64,000 nt of DNA from Candidatus Omnitrophota bacterium (GTDB taxonomy: Bacteria > Omnitrophota > Gorgyraeia > Zapsychrales > Aceulaceae): contig JAQUUP010000003.1 in assembly GCA_028693815.1 (NCBI GenBank), positions 65,850 to 129,849 of the forward strand, in the 5' to 3' direction. Position 1 is the first letter of the stretch. Each line of letters begins with the position of its first letter. A program made the position numbers and the translations under genes. Below, in pieces: positions 9,818 to 19,562 of the stretch. The notes beneath the pieces were generated by a model. The model searched no databases. It was not told the origin of the DNA and saw only the letters and a program-made list of their open reading frames with translations.

Positions 9818-12346
9818 TTATCGCATAAATGTGTTTAAAGATACGTAATCTTTTATATAAGATGGAACAATAATTTTAAAGCCATTGAGCTTTTCATACT
9901 CGTCAAAACGGAATGATGAGCGATAGAAGAATTCTGCCACCTTATTTGTCTCAACGATCTCGCGGACTTCTTCATCAACAATATACGCTTTGAAAAAACT
10001 TTTTACTGCATCGAAGTGTTGCATATCCACATTGTTAACAACTTGAAACTTAATCCATTCGGATTCCAACAAATCATCTTTCATTTCAAATCCGTCTTTT
10101 TGCCCAAAAACAACCATTAAAAATTCTTTGACTGATATCCTGCGATCAACATTAAAGGCTTTGCGAATCTTATCCAAATTCAAAAAGTGCTTGGGCTTTT
10201 CAAAAATGTGTGTTTTTGTGTATTCCACAGCTTCAGATGTATCGCCATTTTCCCAAAGATTTTTAAGAATCTCATCCTCCAGGACATCTTCTTCAACGGC
10301 TCTTTTAAATCCTTCGCGGTCAATCCGCATACCTTTGGAGCCAACTTCTGTATGGTCAATGGTTGCAACTTCATCATCCTGTTTAATATCAATCGTACCT
10401 TTTTCAGGACCCGGACCAGGACCAGTCCCACCGACACTACCTTCACGAGGTAATTTTAATTTTTCATGATACGGATACTCATTTTCAAAATATTCACAGA
10501 CCGCAAAGAAATCAAAAAACTTAAACCGCTCTTTTTGATTTTCATATTTTTCATTCTGATCATAATCTTTATACTCAAATCTATATTTACGAGTTCCGCG
10601 CCCTTTGATTTGCACAAAATCTGACGGACTGAATACAGGTCGCATTAAGGCAAGATTCAAAATGTCCTGACAATCATATCCGGTGGTCATCATTCCAACA
10701 GTAACGCAAACGCGCGTCTTGCTGGAGTCATAACCGTCTGGCTGCCTTACTTTACCACCTAACAGATTATTAGCGAAATTGATGGTCATTTGCTGTGCGC
10801 CCTGCACCCAAGAAGTGACCTGTACCGCGAAATCAGATTGTCCATAGACGCTTGGCCAGCGCTCCAAAGCCATCTTATTTAAAATATTGGTTATTCTTGC
10901 GGCATGAGCTTGTGAAACACAAAAAACAATGGTTTTTCCGAACAGATCAATTCCGAATTGTTTGGCAATTGGATCATGAAATCCGTTTTCCAACAAAGCC
11001 TTACACATTGCAATATTTGTTTCTTCATTGAAAAACTTTCTTTCAAAGTCTTTATGCGTATAAACTTGATCGCTCTCCTCCCCCTCGTCATCCACAACAT
11101 GCACCGCATATCCTTGATCAGATAAAAGCTGATTCGTAATCTCTGTGCGTACATCAACAAGAGTTGGATTAATAAGATATCCATCGTTAACGCCAGCAAG
11201 AAGATCATAGCTAAACGTTGGCTCGCCAGGTTCGCATCCAAAAGTTTTATATGTATCGTGCAACTGACGGCGCTCAAAATCTCTTTGGGTACTAGGACCG
11301 GTATGTTCATATCCTCTTAAATAATTTTTAGGCGTGGCTGTTAAGCCTAATTTATAACCAACAAAATATTCAAACACCGCCCTGCTGTTTCCATTGATAG
11401 AACGGTGGGCTTCATCTGAAAGAATAAACTCAAAATCTGTGGGGGAAAACTCTTTCTTATACCGATCGCCAGCCAGAAATGATTGAATCGTTGAGACAAC
11501 AATATTTGCCTTCCGCCAGTCATCGCGATTTTTTTTATAAATTACAGCTGTGTAATCTTTGCCAAGGTAATTCTGAAACGCCTTATGCGCCTGATCTTCC
11601 AATTCCAGACGATCAACTAAAAACAAAATACGCTTGGCATTGCCAGACCTGAGAAACAATTTGATAACTGCCGCTGAGACAAGAGTCTTTCCCGTTCCTG
11701 TGGCCATTTCAAACAAAAACCTCATATTCCCCTTTTGAGCGGACTGTTGTAGGCTTTTTATCGCTTTGACTTGATATGGGCGTAATTGTTTCAAGTTGTG
11801 GCGATGCAGGAAATCAGGACGCTTGGTCTCATCCTGAAAATCAGGATCATTGGCAAAAGCAGGCATCTGAGTCGCAATCACATAATTTTCATCAACCGGC
11901 GTTTCTGCTAGCACATCGGGTTGAGGAACATATGTTTCATATTGCGTAATGGAATCCTGTGAGGGGAACCGAACAATAGGGCTAGGCGTACCGTGTTTGG
12001 TATCCCAAAGATAATGAATGTTTCCGTTTGAAAGAATAATAAATCGGGCACCAACATTGCGAGCGTAATTACGAGCCTGCTCTTTGGCAGACAATGGCTC
12101 AATAGATTCTTTTTTAGCCTCCACAACAACTAATGGACGACCATCCTTATCAAGTAATAGAAAATCGATTGCTCCGCGTCTCTTGTCGTGAGTTTGAGCG
12201 TTCTCAAAGTCATCTCCCAAATCCTCAAACCTAACGCCAGCTTCAAGCTGAATGTTTGCCGAACCTTTTTCACTGGAGTCGAACCGCCAACCGGATTCTT
12301 CCAACAGTTTATTAATTTTAATTCTTGCTTTAGCTTCTTTAGACAT
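9818..12346 (-). CDS. hsdR: Type I restriction enzyme R subunit (HsdR), 842 aa.
   Basis: The N-terminal PD-(D/E)xK region reads DFLLL...VVEAKK. The SF2 helicase Walker A is MATGTGKT and the DEAH box is LSDEAHRS. A GPGPGPG linker precedes the C-terminal helical domain. Confidence 0.85.
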   Translation of the reverse strand: MSKEAKARIKINKLLEESGWRFDSSEKGSANIQLEAGVRFEDLGDDFENAQTHDKRRGAIDFLLLDKDGRPLVVVEAKKESIEPLSAKEQARNYARNVGARFIILSNGNIHYLWDTKHGTPSPIVRFPSQDSITQYETYVPQPDVLAETPVDENYVIATQMPAFANDPDFQDETKRPDFLHRHNLKQLRPYQVKAIKSLQQSAQKGNMRFLFEMATGTGKTLVSAAVIKLFLRSGNAKRILFLVDRLELEDQAHKAFQNYLGKDYTAVIYKKNRDDWRKANIVVSTIQSFLAGDRYKKEFSPTDFEFILSDEAHRSINGNSRAVFEYFVGYKLGLTATPKNYLRGYEHTGPSTQRDFERRQLHDTYKTFGCEPGEPTFSYDLLAGVNDGYLINPTLVDVRTEITNQLLSDQGYAVHVVDDEGEESDQVYTHKDFERKFFNEETNIAMCKALLENGFHDPIAKQFGIDLFGKTIVFCVSQAHAARITNILNKMALERWPSVYGQSDFAVQVTSWVQGAQQMTINFANNLLGGKVRQPDGYDSSKTRVCVTVGMMTTGYDCQDILNLALMRPVFSPSDFVQIKGRGTRKYRFEYKDYDQNEKYENQKERFKFFDFFAVCEYFENEYPYHEKLKLPREGSVGGTGPGPGPEKGTIDIKQDDEVATIDHTEVGSKGMRIDREGFKRAVEEDVLEDEILKNLWENGDTSEAVEYTKTHIFEKPKHFLNLDKIRKAFNVDRRISVKEFLMVVFGQKDGFEMKDDLLESEWIKFQVVNNVDMQHFDAVKSFFKAYIVDEEVREIVETNKVAEFFYRSSFRFDEYEKLNGFKIIVPSYIKDYVSLNTFMR

Positions 12347-12462
12347 ATCCTATCTTCCTGATTCCCATTAGCTTCAGAGCTCTATTAATGGCACCACCCG
12401 CAAGGTCATTCTTGTTTACAAAAAGATTATAAAACATTATAATACAAAAATCGCCAATATCC

Positions 12463-13599
12463 ATGAAAATTCTGGATGGCTTAACCAAACAAATAACTAT
12501 CGATATGGCCGAAACAAAAAAAACTGACAATTTTATCTACATTCACGACGATTATGAGGAGTGCAATTTCTGTTCCCAGAAATATAAGGACTACGGGATC
12601 TTCGAGTATTCGGGAGGTCAAAGCATTGATATTGAGTTCTTTCCCAAGAAGATGGACGCATTAGGCATCGTAGTTGATGCAAAATATTGGCTAACATATT
12701 TTGAAGCCAAGCACCCCAAACTACTCAAAGACCAAGGCATTCCTTACGACACCTCATCCTACGCTGATTATCTTAAAGCAGAAAATTCAATGTATAAAAA
12801 AAACAAAAGAGATGTCCTCGCGATTATCAACAAAAAAGTTGCCAGCAAGAAGCGCGGGATCTTCAAGCTCGATACAATCCCTTTCGATAAAGAGTATTTG
12901 GATAATTGTATTGCCAATAAACAAGAGCGGATTTTCTTGGGGCTAAGAATACACCTCAATGAAATAAGCGTAGCCAAAATAAATAAAGACGCTCCTTATG
13001 GCACCGGAATTGACTCGTATAAAAATATTTCAGAAGTTGCCCCTGAAATAAGAGATATCATATCCGGCCTCAAGCCGGAACGCATCCACCACATTCTTAC
13101 CGCTTATCATACGCAAGAAAGTTTCGACGAAGGCGACGTCGAGAACTTCCTCACAGGAGCAAAAGATTTCATTGAGGAAATTGACGAGGTTATCCACTAT
13201 AAAGACTCTGATTTTATAAAGCTATTAAAAAACATAGCACGCCTTTGTTTTCTGTGGCGAGACAAACAAAAAATATCTTCAAAATTTATAAAAGAGGCGA
13301 ATAATTTTATTCTGCTTAGACGCGAAATAAGATACAATCCGGTAATCGAGTTTATTGGTCTTTTCTTTGATGATTTGATCAATGATGCCAAAGAAAATAA
13401 TCAGCTCATCGAATGCGCCCACTGCCACTTGCTTGCCAAATATTACCGCAATAAAAAGTTTTGCAGTAAAACTACCGACGGAAAGAATTGCTTTGCTCAA
13501 TACCATAGCAAAAAAGATTACGCACGCCACAAAGCCAAAAGACTCAACACCAAAAAAGCATGGATCAATAAAACGCGCAAAGAAATCCCCGGATATTAA
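12463..13599 (+). CDS. Hypothetical 378-aa protein with a C-terminal Cys/His zinc-ribbon-like motif.
   Basis: It is a long, AT-rich ORF divergent from hsdR. The C-terminus has CAHCH...CSKTTDGKNC. It is followed by a rho-independent terminator. Confidence 0.6.
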   Translation: MKILDGLTKQITIDMAETKKTDNFIYIHDDYEECNFCSQKYKDYGIFEYSGGQSIDIEFFPKKMDALGIVVDAKYWLTYFEAKHPKLLKDQGIPYDTSSYADYLKAENSMYKKNKRDVLAIINKKVASKKRGIFKLDTIPFDKEYLDNCIANKQERIFLGLRIHLNEISVAKINKDAPYGTGIDSYKNISEVAPEIRDIISGLKPERIHHILTAYHTQESFDEGDVENFLTGAKDFIEEIDEVIHYKDSDFIKLLKNIARLCFLWRDKQKISSKFIKEANNFILLRREIRYNPVIEFIGLFFDDLINDAKENNQLIECAHCHLLAKYYRNKKFCSKTTDGKNCFAQYHSKKDYARHKAKRLNTKKAWINKTRKEIPGY

Positions 13600-13712
13600 G
13601 CCTTACCATACAGAAACACCCTGCCTTTTCTGATTTTTCTTTATATATAGAAAACCTTAAAAATCCTTCCGTTTATCAATCTACAACAATTCTGAGATTC
13701 GCCTAAACTTAA

Positions 13713-13743
13713 CTCTGTGAGCAAAAGCCACAGAGTTTTTTTA
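13713..13743 (+). terminator. Rho-independent terminator.
   Basis: The hairpin CTCTGTG-agcaaaagc-CACAGAG is followed by TTTTTTT. Confidence 0.6.
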
Positions 13744-13760
13744 TTAACCCAAAACGAATC

Positions 13761-13952
13761 ATGCTAAACGAACAGGCGATCAAAGAATTTCAGGACATTT
13801 ATTTCAGCGAATATGGCGAGGTGATCTCTTTTGATGAGGCAAGCGCCAAAGCTGAGAGTCTGCTTCGTTTATACCGGGCTGTATTTAAACCATCAAATAA
13901 TAAAGGCGATCATAATGGATCAAAAGCAAATACCTCATCAACTGCACAATAA
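13761..13952 (+). CDS. Small hypothetical protein (63 aa) overlapping the primase start.
   Basis: The ORF has a plausible helical sequence and could be a small regulator. Confidence 0.3.
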   Translation: MLNEQAIKEFQDIYFSEYGEVISFDEASAKAESLLRLYRAVFKPSNNKGDHNGSKANTSSTAQ

Positions 13953-15855
13953 ACAATTCGGCTTTGTGAAACTGCTACCGAAAACAAAGAAGCCGTTTGA
14001 AAAAGACTGGCCCAACCGTCCCTATTCGCTGACAGACATTCAACCGTGGTTTGATCAGGGCAACAATTACGGCGTTTTAGGCGGTCAGGGTGATCTGGTT
14101 ATTCTTGACGCGGATTCTGCGGAAATGGTCGCTTTGGCACGCAAACACCTTCCTCAGACCTTCACAGTCAAAACACCGAAAAAAGGCGTTCACTATTATC
14201 TTCTCTGTCCGGGCATCCCTCAAAAGATCAAGCTCAAGAAAAACGGCAAAGATCATGGCGAAATTATCTCTTACGGTTCTCAGGTAGTGGGCCCGGGCTC
14301 CATTCACCCAGACACTGGCACGGCCTACATTGTGGAACATAATGAGCCCATCGCCCCCATCACAACCGGCGAGCTTCTTTATATTCTAAAAGACTACATC
14401 CCGATGAATAATAACGAATCTGAAACCATTCATGATCCATCATTCAGCGCGTTGGTCGATCAATACGGCGATCCGTATTATTTCAACAACAAGGACAGGC
14501 TGGCCTCGATCAATCAAAGTTTCTGGGCGGGACTGCACAACACCGAACACATTCAAATCTATGAGCCGGATGAGCGGGCGTTCTACCGGTATGATGAGAA
14601 AACAGGCGTTTACAGTGACATTACCGAGAACCTCATCAAGAATGAAATCTCTGAGCGAATGCTGGATGTCTCGCGCGAAAATACCGTCCCTGCCTTGGAA
14701 GCCAAACGCACCGCGACCACATTGAATCACGTTGTGGCACATTTGAAAGGTGTCTGCGAAAAGCGCCACGCCTTTGTTAAGGCGTCCAACTTCGTACATT
14801 TGGCAAACGGCATTATCACGTTTAAGGATAACAACGAGGCTGACCTTCTGCCTTTTTCACCGGAGATGTTCTCACGCAATTTCTGCCCTATTGCCTTTGA
14901 TGAAAACGCCGAGTGTGATCAATTCTTAAATAATCTTCTTCTGCCTGCGGTTACACCTGAGAACGCGCTTATCATTCAGAAATACGTCGGCTTGTGTTTG
15001 CTGGGGAACAACCTCATTCAGCGGTTTCTTATTTTAGAGGGACTCCCGGGACGGGGAAAATCCACTCTCGCCTTGATCATTCAAAAACTTATCGGGCAGA
15101 TGAATGTGACTGAGCTTCGCACCAAACATTTAAGTGAACGCTTTGAGCTTTACCGCTATTTGAAAAAGACTTTGCTCATTGGGGTTGATGTGCCGGGCAA
15201 ATTCCTCTCTGAAAAAGGCGCTTATGTGATTAAAGGTTTGGTCGGCGGGGACTGGTTTGATGCTGAGCAAAAAGGCGGAACCGGATGCTTTCAGATACAG
15301 GGCAATTTCTGCATTGTGATCACTGCCAATTCACGATTGCAGGTCAAGCTGGACGGCGACATCGGGGCATGGAAACGCCGTTTATTGATCTGCCGTTTTG
15401 AGGGCCCGCCCCCGGTCAAAAAGATCCCTAACTTTGCGGATGTTTTGATCGAGCAAGAAGGCTCTGGCATTCTTAACTGGGCGCTTCAGGGATTGGCACT
15501 CCTTCTTGAAGATATTCAACACCACGGTGACATCGGCATGCCCGCGTCCCAAGATGGTGTGATTGATGCTCTGCTCGCTGAAAGCGACAGTCTGCGGCAT
15601 TTTCTTGAGGATACCATTGACCGTGATGATCACATGGATTTATCAGTCTCAGAAATCGTCGAGGCTTACGCTGAATATTGTCCTTCCAAGGGCTGGAATC
15701 CCAAGCCCATCACCGTGGTGCATCGTGAGCTGGAAGGTTTAATGTTGGAGCTGTTTGGGACGTCAAAAGCGCACTCGATCAAGCGGGACGGAAAGTCTGT
15801 CAAAGGATTTCGCCGCGTCAAATTTCAAGGTCAGGAGTCTCAAGAATGGGATTAG
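13915..15855 (+). CDS. Phage/plasmid primase-helicase: a Prim-Pol N-terminal domain joined to a D5/P4-type SF3 helicase domain.
   Basis: The start is MDQKQIP, with AAAGG upstream. The Prim-Pol-like N-terminus reads FGFVKLLPKTKKPFEKDW...VLGGQGDLVILDAD. The Walker A is GLPGRGKST. Confidence 0.8.
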   Translation: MDQKQIPHQLHNKQFGFVKLLPKTKKPFEKDWPNRPYSLTDIQPWFDQGNNYGVLGGQGDLVILDADSAEMVALARKHLPQTFTVKTPKKGVHYYLLCPGIPQKIKLKKNGKDHGEIISYGSQVVGPGSIHPDTGTAYIVEHNEPIAPITTGELLYILKDYIPMNNNESETIHDPSFSALVDQYGDPYYFNNKDRLASINQSFWAGLHNTEHIQIYEPDERAFYRYDEKTGVYSDITENLIKNEISERMLDVSRENTVPALEAKRTATTLNHVVAHLKGVCEKRHAFVKASNFVHLANGIITFKDNNEADLLPFSPEMFSRNFCPIAFDENAECDQFLNNLLLPAVTPENALIIQKYVGLCLLGNNLIQRFLILEGLPGRGKSTLALIIQKLIGQMNVTELRTKHLSERFELYRYLKKTLLIGVDVPGKFLSEKGAYVIKGLVGGDWFDAEQKGGTGCFQIQGNFCIVITANSRLQVKLDGDIGAWKRRLLICRFEGPPPVKKIPNFADVLIEQEGSGILNWALQGLALLLEDIQHHGDIGMPASQDGVIDALLAESDSLRHFLEDTIDRDDHMDLSVSEIVEAYAEYCPSKGWNPKPITVVHRELEGLMLELFGTSKAHSIKRDGKSVKGFRRVKFQGQESQEWD

Positions 15856-16379
15856 ACTTGGCACAACTGGAATGCGTAAAGCATCAGGGTAAAAAGATCA
15901 TTGCCCGATGCCCTGCCTGCGCTGAAACCGGTAATGACCGCAAGGGCGAGCATTTGTTTATTGAACCGGGCGGACGGTTTGGATGCGTTGTTTATCCGGG
16001 TGCCGAGGGGCATCAGCACCGCCAGCGCATTTTTGAACTGATCGGGATTAAGTCATCCGGAGATAAAGGATTTACGATCAGAAAGCCTTCCGATTGTAAT
16101 TCAAAGGATAAAATAATTCAAAAAAATATTTTGGGACGTTTGGGACGCATGCCGATGACTCACGCCCGAAAAGAAAAACAAACTAATGAACAAGAAATCA
16201 TTATTCCTAAAGAGACGAAAACAAGTGTCCCAGCCGTCCCAGAGGAAAGCCTGCATCTCTACTCCCCCGCTGAGCTTGAAATGCTGGACGGGATTGATAT
16301 GGAGTCGCTTAAACAGATTGATGAGGTCAAGCGCATGTTTAACGGAACCGTGGTCAGTGTTACAGACACACAACCCTAA
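15846..16379 (+). CDS. Hypothetical protein with an N-terminal Cys-Pro-x-Cys...His zinc-finger-like motif.
   Basis: The motif reads ARCPACAETGNDRKGEHLF...FGC. The start overlaps the primase stop. Confidence 0.5.
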   Translation: MGLDLAQLECVKHQGKKIIARCPACAETGNDRKGEHLFIEPGGRFGCVVYPGAEGHQHRQRIFELIGIKSSGDKGFTIRKPSDCNSKDKIIQKNILGRLGRMPMTHARKEKQTNEQEIIIPKETKTSVPAVPEESLHLYSPAELEMLDGIDMESLKQIDEVKRMFNGTVVSVTDTQP

Positions 16380-16412
16380 TGATTTAGGAAAAATTTAAGG
16401 AGGAAAACAATC

Positions 16413-16916
16413 ATGGGACGATGGTCATATTCAAGTAGATGGACGGTTGAAGAAAGCAAATCCCTCTCCGTACATTTTCTCAACAAACACCGGTATTTTA
16501 ACGGCGGTATCCGATCAGGCGGATGCAACTGGAGCCGTAACGGTGAACCGAACGGAAGCATTGGCTTTACGGTTTCAACGCTTGAGGGTGATAAATATAT
16601 CCGCTTTCAATACACACAAACCGACAAGCACACGAATGAAAAAACTGAACTGGATTATAAAGCGCGCCTCACATGGACACCGTGTCATTTTGGAGGACGT
16701 CGATGGTGGTTCATCTGTCCTTTGGTCGTCAATGGTGTTGCGTGCAATCGTCGTGTGGGCGTTTTGTATCTGGCAGGCGGGAAATACTTCGGATGCCGTC
16801 ACTGCTACAACCTGACGTATGAAAGCTGTAAAGAAAGCCATAAATTTGATGCGATGTTTAAAAGCATGGGCGTTGATCCAAAGGTCGGCAAACAACTATT
16901 TAAGGAGGAATTTTAA
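16413..16916 (+). CDS. Hypothetical Cys-rich protein (167 aa).
   Basis: An RBS AAGGAGGAAAAC precedes the ATG. The motifs are CHFGGRRWWFICP...CNRR...GCRHCYN. Confidence 0.5.
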   Translation: MGRWSYSSRWTVEESKSLSVHFLNKHRYFNGGIRSGGCNWSRNGEPNGSIGFTVSTLEGDKYIRFQYTQTDKHTNEKTELDYKARLTWTPCHFGGRRWWFICPLVVNGVACNRRVGVLYLAGGKYFGCRHCYNLTYESCKESHKFDAMFKSMGVDPKVGKQLFKEEF

Positions 16917-16917
16917 C

Positions 16918-17535
16918 ATGACAACAGATAAACAAATCGAAGCGAACAAACAAAACGCGCTGGTGTCCACCGGGCCCAAGAGCATCGAAGGCAAAAACCT
17001 TGTTTCTCAAAACGCCATCAAGCACGGCATCTTTGCCAAAGATTTGATCATTTCAGACGGTGACGGGCAGGAAAACAAGCAGGAATACCGGGAGCTTTTA
17101 GACGGCCTTATTGCCAGTCTGAATCCCGCAGGACAAATGGAATGCCTGTTGGTTGAGAAGATCGCTGTGGATTTCTGGCGCCTGCGCCGTGTCCTGCGAT
17201 TTGAAACAGGAAGCATCCGTAAGTTTCTGGATATGGCCGTTCATGACTATTACAATAAAAAGGACTGCTTCGGAGGAAAGATCAACAAAACCAATGAGGA
17301 TATTGACGAGGAACTTGCTGAATATCGAGAATCGAACGACAAGCGCTCACAGAAAAAGATCGATGAACTGGAGAAGGCAAAGCTCAAGAACCAATACGCT
17401 GAAGATGTGATGGTCAAGACCAACAGCCTCCCCGCCGGGGATACTTATGAAAAGGTCATCAAATACGAAAAGGCGGTGCAACGATCTATCCTTCAAAACA
17501 TTGCTTTACTCAAACGCATTCAGTCGATGAGATAA
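16918..17535 (+). CDS. Hypothetical protein.
   Basis: A GGAGG RBS precedes an ATG lying immediately after the previous stop. Confidence 0.5.
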   Translation: MTTDKQIEANKQNALVSTGPKSIEGKNLVSQNAIKHGIFAKDLIISDGDGQENKQEYRELLDGLIASLNPAGQMECLLVEKIAVDFWRLRRVLRFETGSIRKFLDMAVHDYYNKKDCFGGKINKTNEDIDEELAEYRESNDKRSQKKIDELEKAKLKNQYAEDVMVKTNSLPAGDTYEKVIKYEKAVQRSILQNIALLKRIQSMR

Positions 17536-17763
17536 GATGGCTTTGTTTTGGAAAAATAAACGCGGGTCCTTCCGGGGCGGGGTTGGTCGAGGGTCGGGCG
17601 AGGCGCAGTCTGTCAGTGATTTAAAATTTCAAATGTCGTGTCATACGAATTTTCAAAAAAGGATTCTTTTTGGGACAAATGATTTAGGAACACATGCGAC
17701 AAATAACTTGAACTCCATCAAAGAAAGATTATAATGTTTTATAAGGTTAAGGAGAAAAACACC

Positions 17764-17940
17764 ATGAGCGAATATATGACGATCAAAGAAGCCGCGGAGT
17801 ATCTCAAGGTCACCGGGCAGACACTCCGCAACTGGGACAAGCTGGGTAAGCTCAAACCTTACCGTCATCCGATGAACAATTACCGTCTTTATAAAAAAGC
17901 TGATTTGGACAAAATCCTTAAATCGATCAAAAAAAAATGA
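17764..17940 (+). CDS. Excisionase/AlpA-type HTH DNA-binding protein.
   Basis: The HTH region reads MTIKEAAEYLKVTGQTLRNWDKLGKLKPY. A AAGGAGAAAAA RBS is present. The gene overlaps the recombinase start. Confidence 0.6.
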   Translation: MSEYMTIKEAAEYLKVTGQTLRNWDKLGKLKPYRHPMNNYRLYKKADLDKILKSIKKK

Positions 17941-19562
17941 ACACTTCCACTATCCGATATTTTCTTTACGCGCGCAAATCTTCCGAGAGTGAAGATAAGC
18001 AAGTGGCCTCTATCCCCTCGCAGATCGACGAACTTAAACGTCTGGCTGAGGACAGAAATTTAACGGTTGTTGATATTTTCACGGAAGAAAAATCTGCCAA
18101 GGCACCGGGACGTCCGGTATTCAGTCAAATGATTGAGGCAATTCATAAAGGTGACGCAAACGGCATCATCTGCTGGAAGCTCGATCGATTGGCGCGCAAT
18201 CCTATTGACGGCGGGACGATCAACTGGCTTCTGCAACAGGGCATCATTCAACACATTCAAACCTTTCAGCGGGGATATTTCCCGACCGATAATGTCTTGA
18301 TGATGAATCTTGAGTTCGGCATGGCCAATCAGTTTGTGCTGGATTTATCCGTCAACACCAAGCGAGGCATGAGAAAAAAAGTTGAGGACGGCTGGTTTCC
18401 TCACAAACCGCCGATCGGTTATTTATCTAATAAACATAAACTTCCTGACCTTCCCCCTATTTTCAAAGACAAAGACAGGTTCGCTATCGTCAAACAACTT
18501 TGGGAAACGATCCTTGCCAAACGATGCACGGTCAAATCCATTCACGAGCTTGCTAATGATTTAGGATTAAAAACACATTCCGGGCGCAGGATCACCGAAG
18601 GGCAATGCCATTTGATGTTTCGCAATCCGTTTTATTATGGATTTTTCAACTGGAAGGGAAATATTTACAAAGGCAATCACGAGCCGATGGTGAGCAAACA
18701 GCAATTTGATGAGGTGCAAGCGATTCTTGATGGACGGTCATTTACTTGCGCTCAAAAGCATGTGTTCGCCTTTACCGGGCTGATCCGTTGCGGGGAATGC
18801 GGAGCCGCGATCACGGCTGAGAATAAAACCAAGCATCAGAAAAACGGAAACGTCCATCATTACACATATTACCGTTGCACCAAGCGCATCAAAAAGTGTT
18901 CGCAGAAACCGCTTCGGGTTGAGGAGCTGGAAGAACAAATCGCTAATGTTTTAGGAAAAATCGAGATCCCCTCCACCTTCCATCAATGGGCGATCAGTCA
19001 ATTACGCGTGGAACAGGAAGTTGAAAAAGATGATCAAAAAGAGATCACGGCCGGTTATCGTAAATCATTGGACACGTGTGTGCGGAAATTAAACGCCTTG
19101 TTTGACCTTCGCTTAACAGGTGAGGTCAACCCGGAGGAATTTAAGACGCACAAGGCTAACCTGCTTAAAGAAAAGCACAAATATGAGGAACTCATCAATG
19201 ACACAAACAGTCGGGTTGAGACATGGCTGGATCGGGCGGAGAAAATGCTGGAATTTGCTGAAACCGCTAATGGTCGGTTCGAACTCGGAGATTTAAATGA
19301 AAAGCGCGAAATATTGGCGGGATTAGGCTCAAACCTCTCGCTATTCGATAAGAAACTGTCAATTCAGCTCGCCACACCGCTTGAACTGGTCTTGGAGGTC
19401 GCACCCGAAGTTCAGGCGCTTCACAAACGGTTAGAACCTCATTATCCCATTGAAAACAAAAGGGCATACGAAGAATCGTATGCCCAAATTGAAAAATGGG
19501 GTGGGCAACCGGATTTGAACCGGCGACCTTCTGAACCACAATCAGATGCTCTAACCAACTGA
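17937..19562 (+). CDS. Large serine recombinase (integrase).
   Basis: The N-terminal resolvase domain has YARKSSESEDKQ with the catalytic Ser. The recombinase domain has a zinc ribbon, CGECG...YYRC. A coiled-coil C-terminus follows. The last ~22 codons are antisense to tRNA-His. Confidence 0.85.
   Translation: MNTSTIRYFLYARKSSESEDKQVASIPSQIDELKRLAEDRNLTVVDIFTEEKSAKAPGRPVFSQMIEAIHKGDANGIICWKLDRLARNPIDGGTINWLLQQGIIQHIQTFQRGYFPTDNVLMMNLEFGMANQFVLDLSVNTKRGMRKKVEDGWFPHKPPIGYLSNKHKLPDLPPIFKDKDRFAIVKQLWETILAKRCTVKSIHELANDLGLKTHSGRRITEGQCHLMFRNPFYYGFFNWKGNIYKGNHEPMVSKQQFDEVQAILDGRSFTCAQKHVFAFTGLIRCGECGAAITAENKTKHQKNGNVHHYTYYRCTKRIKKCSQKPLRVEELEEQIANVLGKIEIPSTFHQWAISQLRVEQEVEKDDQKEITAGYRKSLDTCVRKLNALFDLRLTGEVNPEEFKTHKANLLKEKHKYEELINDTNSRVETWLDRAEKMLEFAETANGRFELGDLNEKREILAGLGSNLSLFDKKLSIQLATPLELVLEVAPEVQALHKRLEPHYPIENKRAYEESYAQIEKWGGQPDLNRRPSEPQSDALTN

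Noticed and set aside
10402-10425. GPGPGPG-encoding low-complexity stretch in hsdR, considered as a slippage or phase-variation repeat.
   Set aside because: The DNA is not a perfect simple-sequence repeat (ggacccggaccaggaccagtccc). It reads as an interdomain linker rather than a contingency locus.
8353-11310. Internal and antisense ORFs within hsdM-S and hsdR (for example 8928..9170, 10128..10469 and 10891..11310).
   Set aside because: They overlap strongly supported R-M coding sequences and are frame artefacts.
12339-12530. 63-aa minus-strand ORF spanning the hsdR start and the divergent promoter region.
   Set aside because: It overlaps the hsdR start codon region and the start of the plus-strand 378-aa gene. 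It is most likely non-coding promoter DNA.
17537-17734. 65-aa plus-strand ORF (MALFWKNKRG...) between cargo gene 3 and xis.
   Set aside because: It has no RBS and a Gly/Arg-rich low-complexity translation. The region is more plausibly the xis-int promoter and regulatory spacer.
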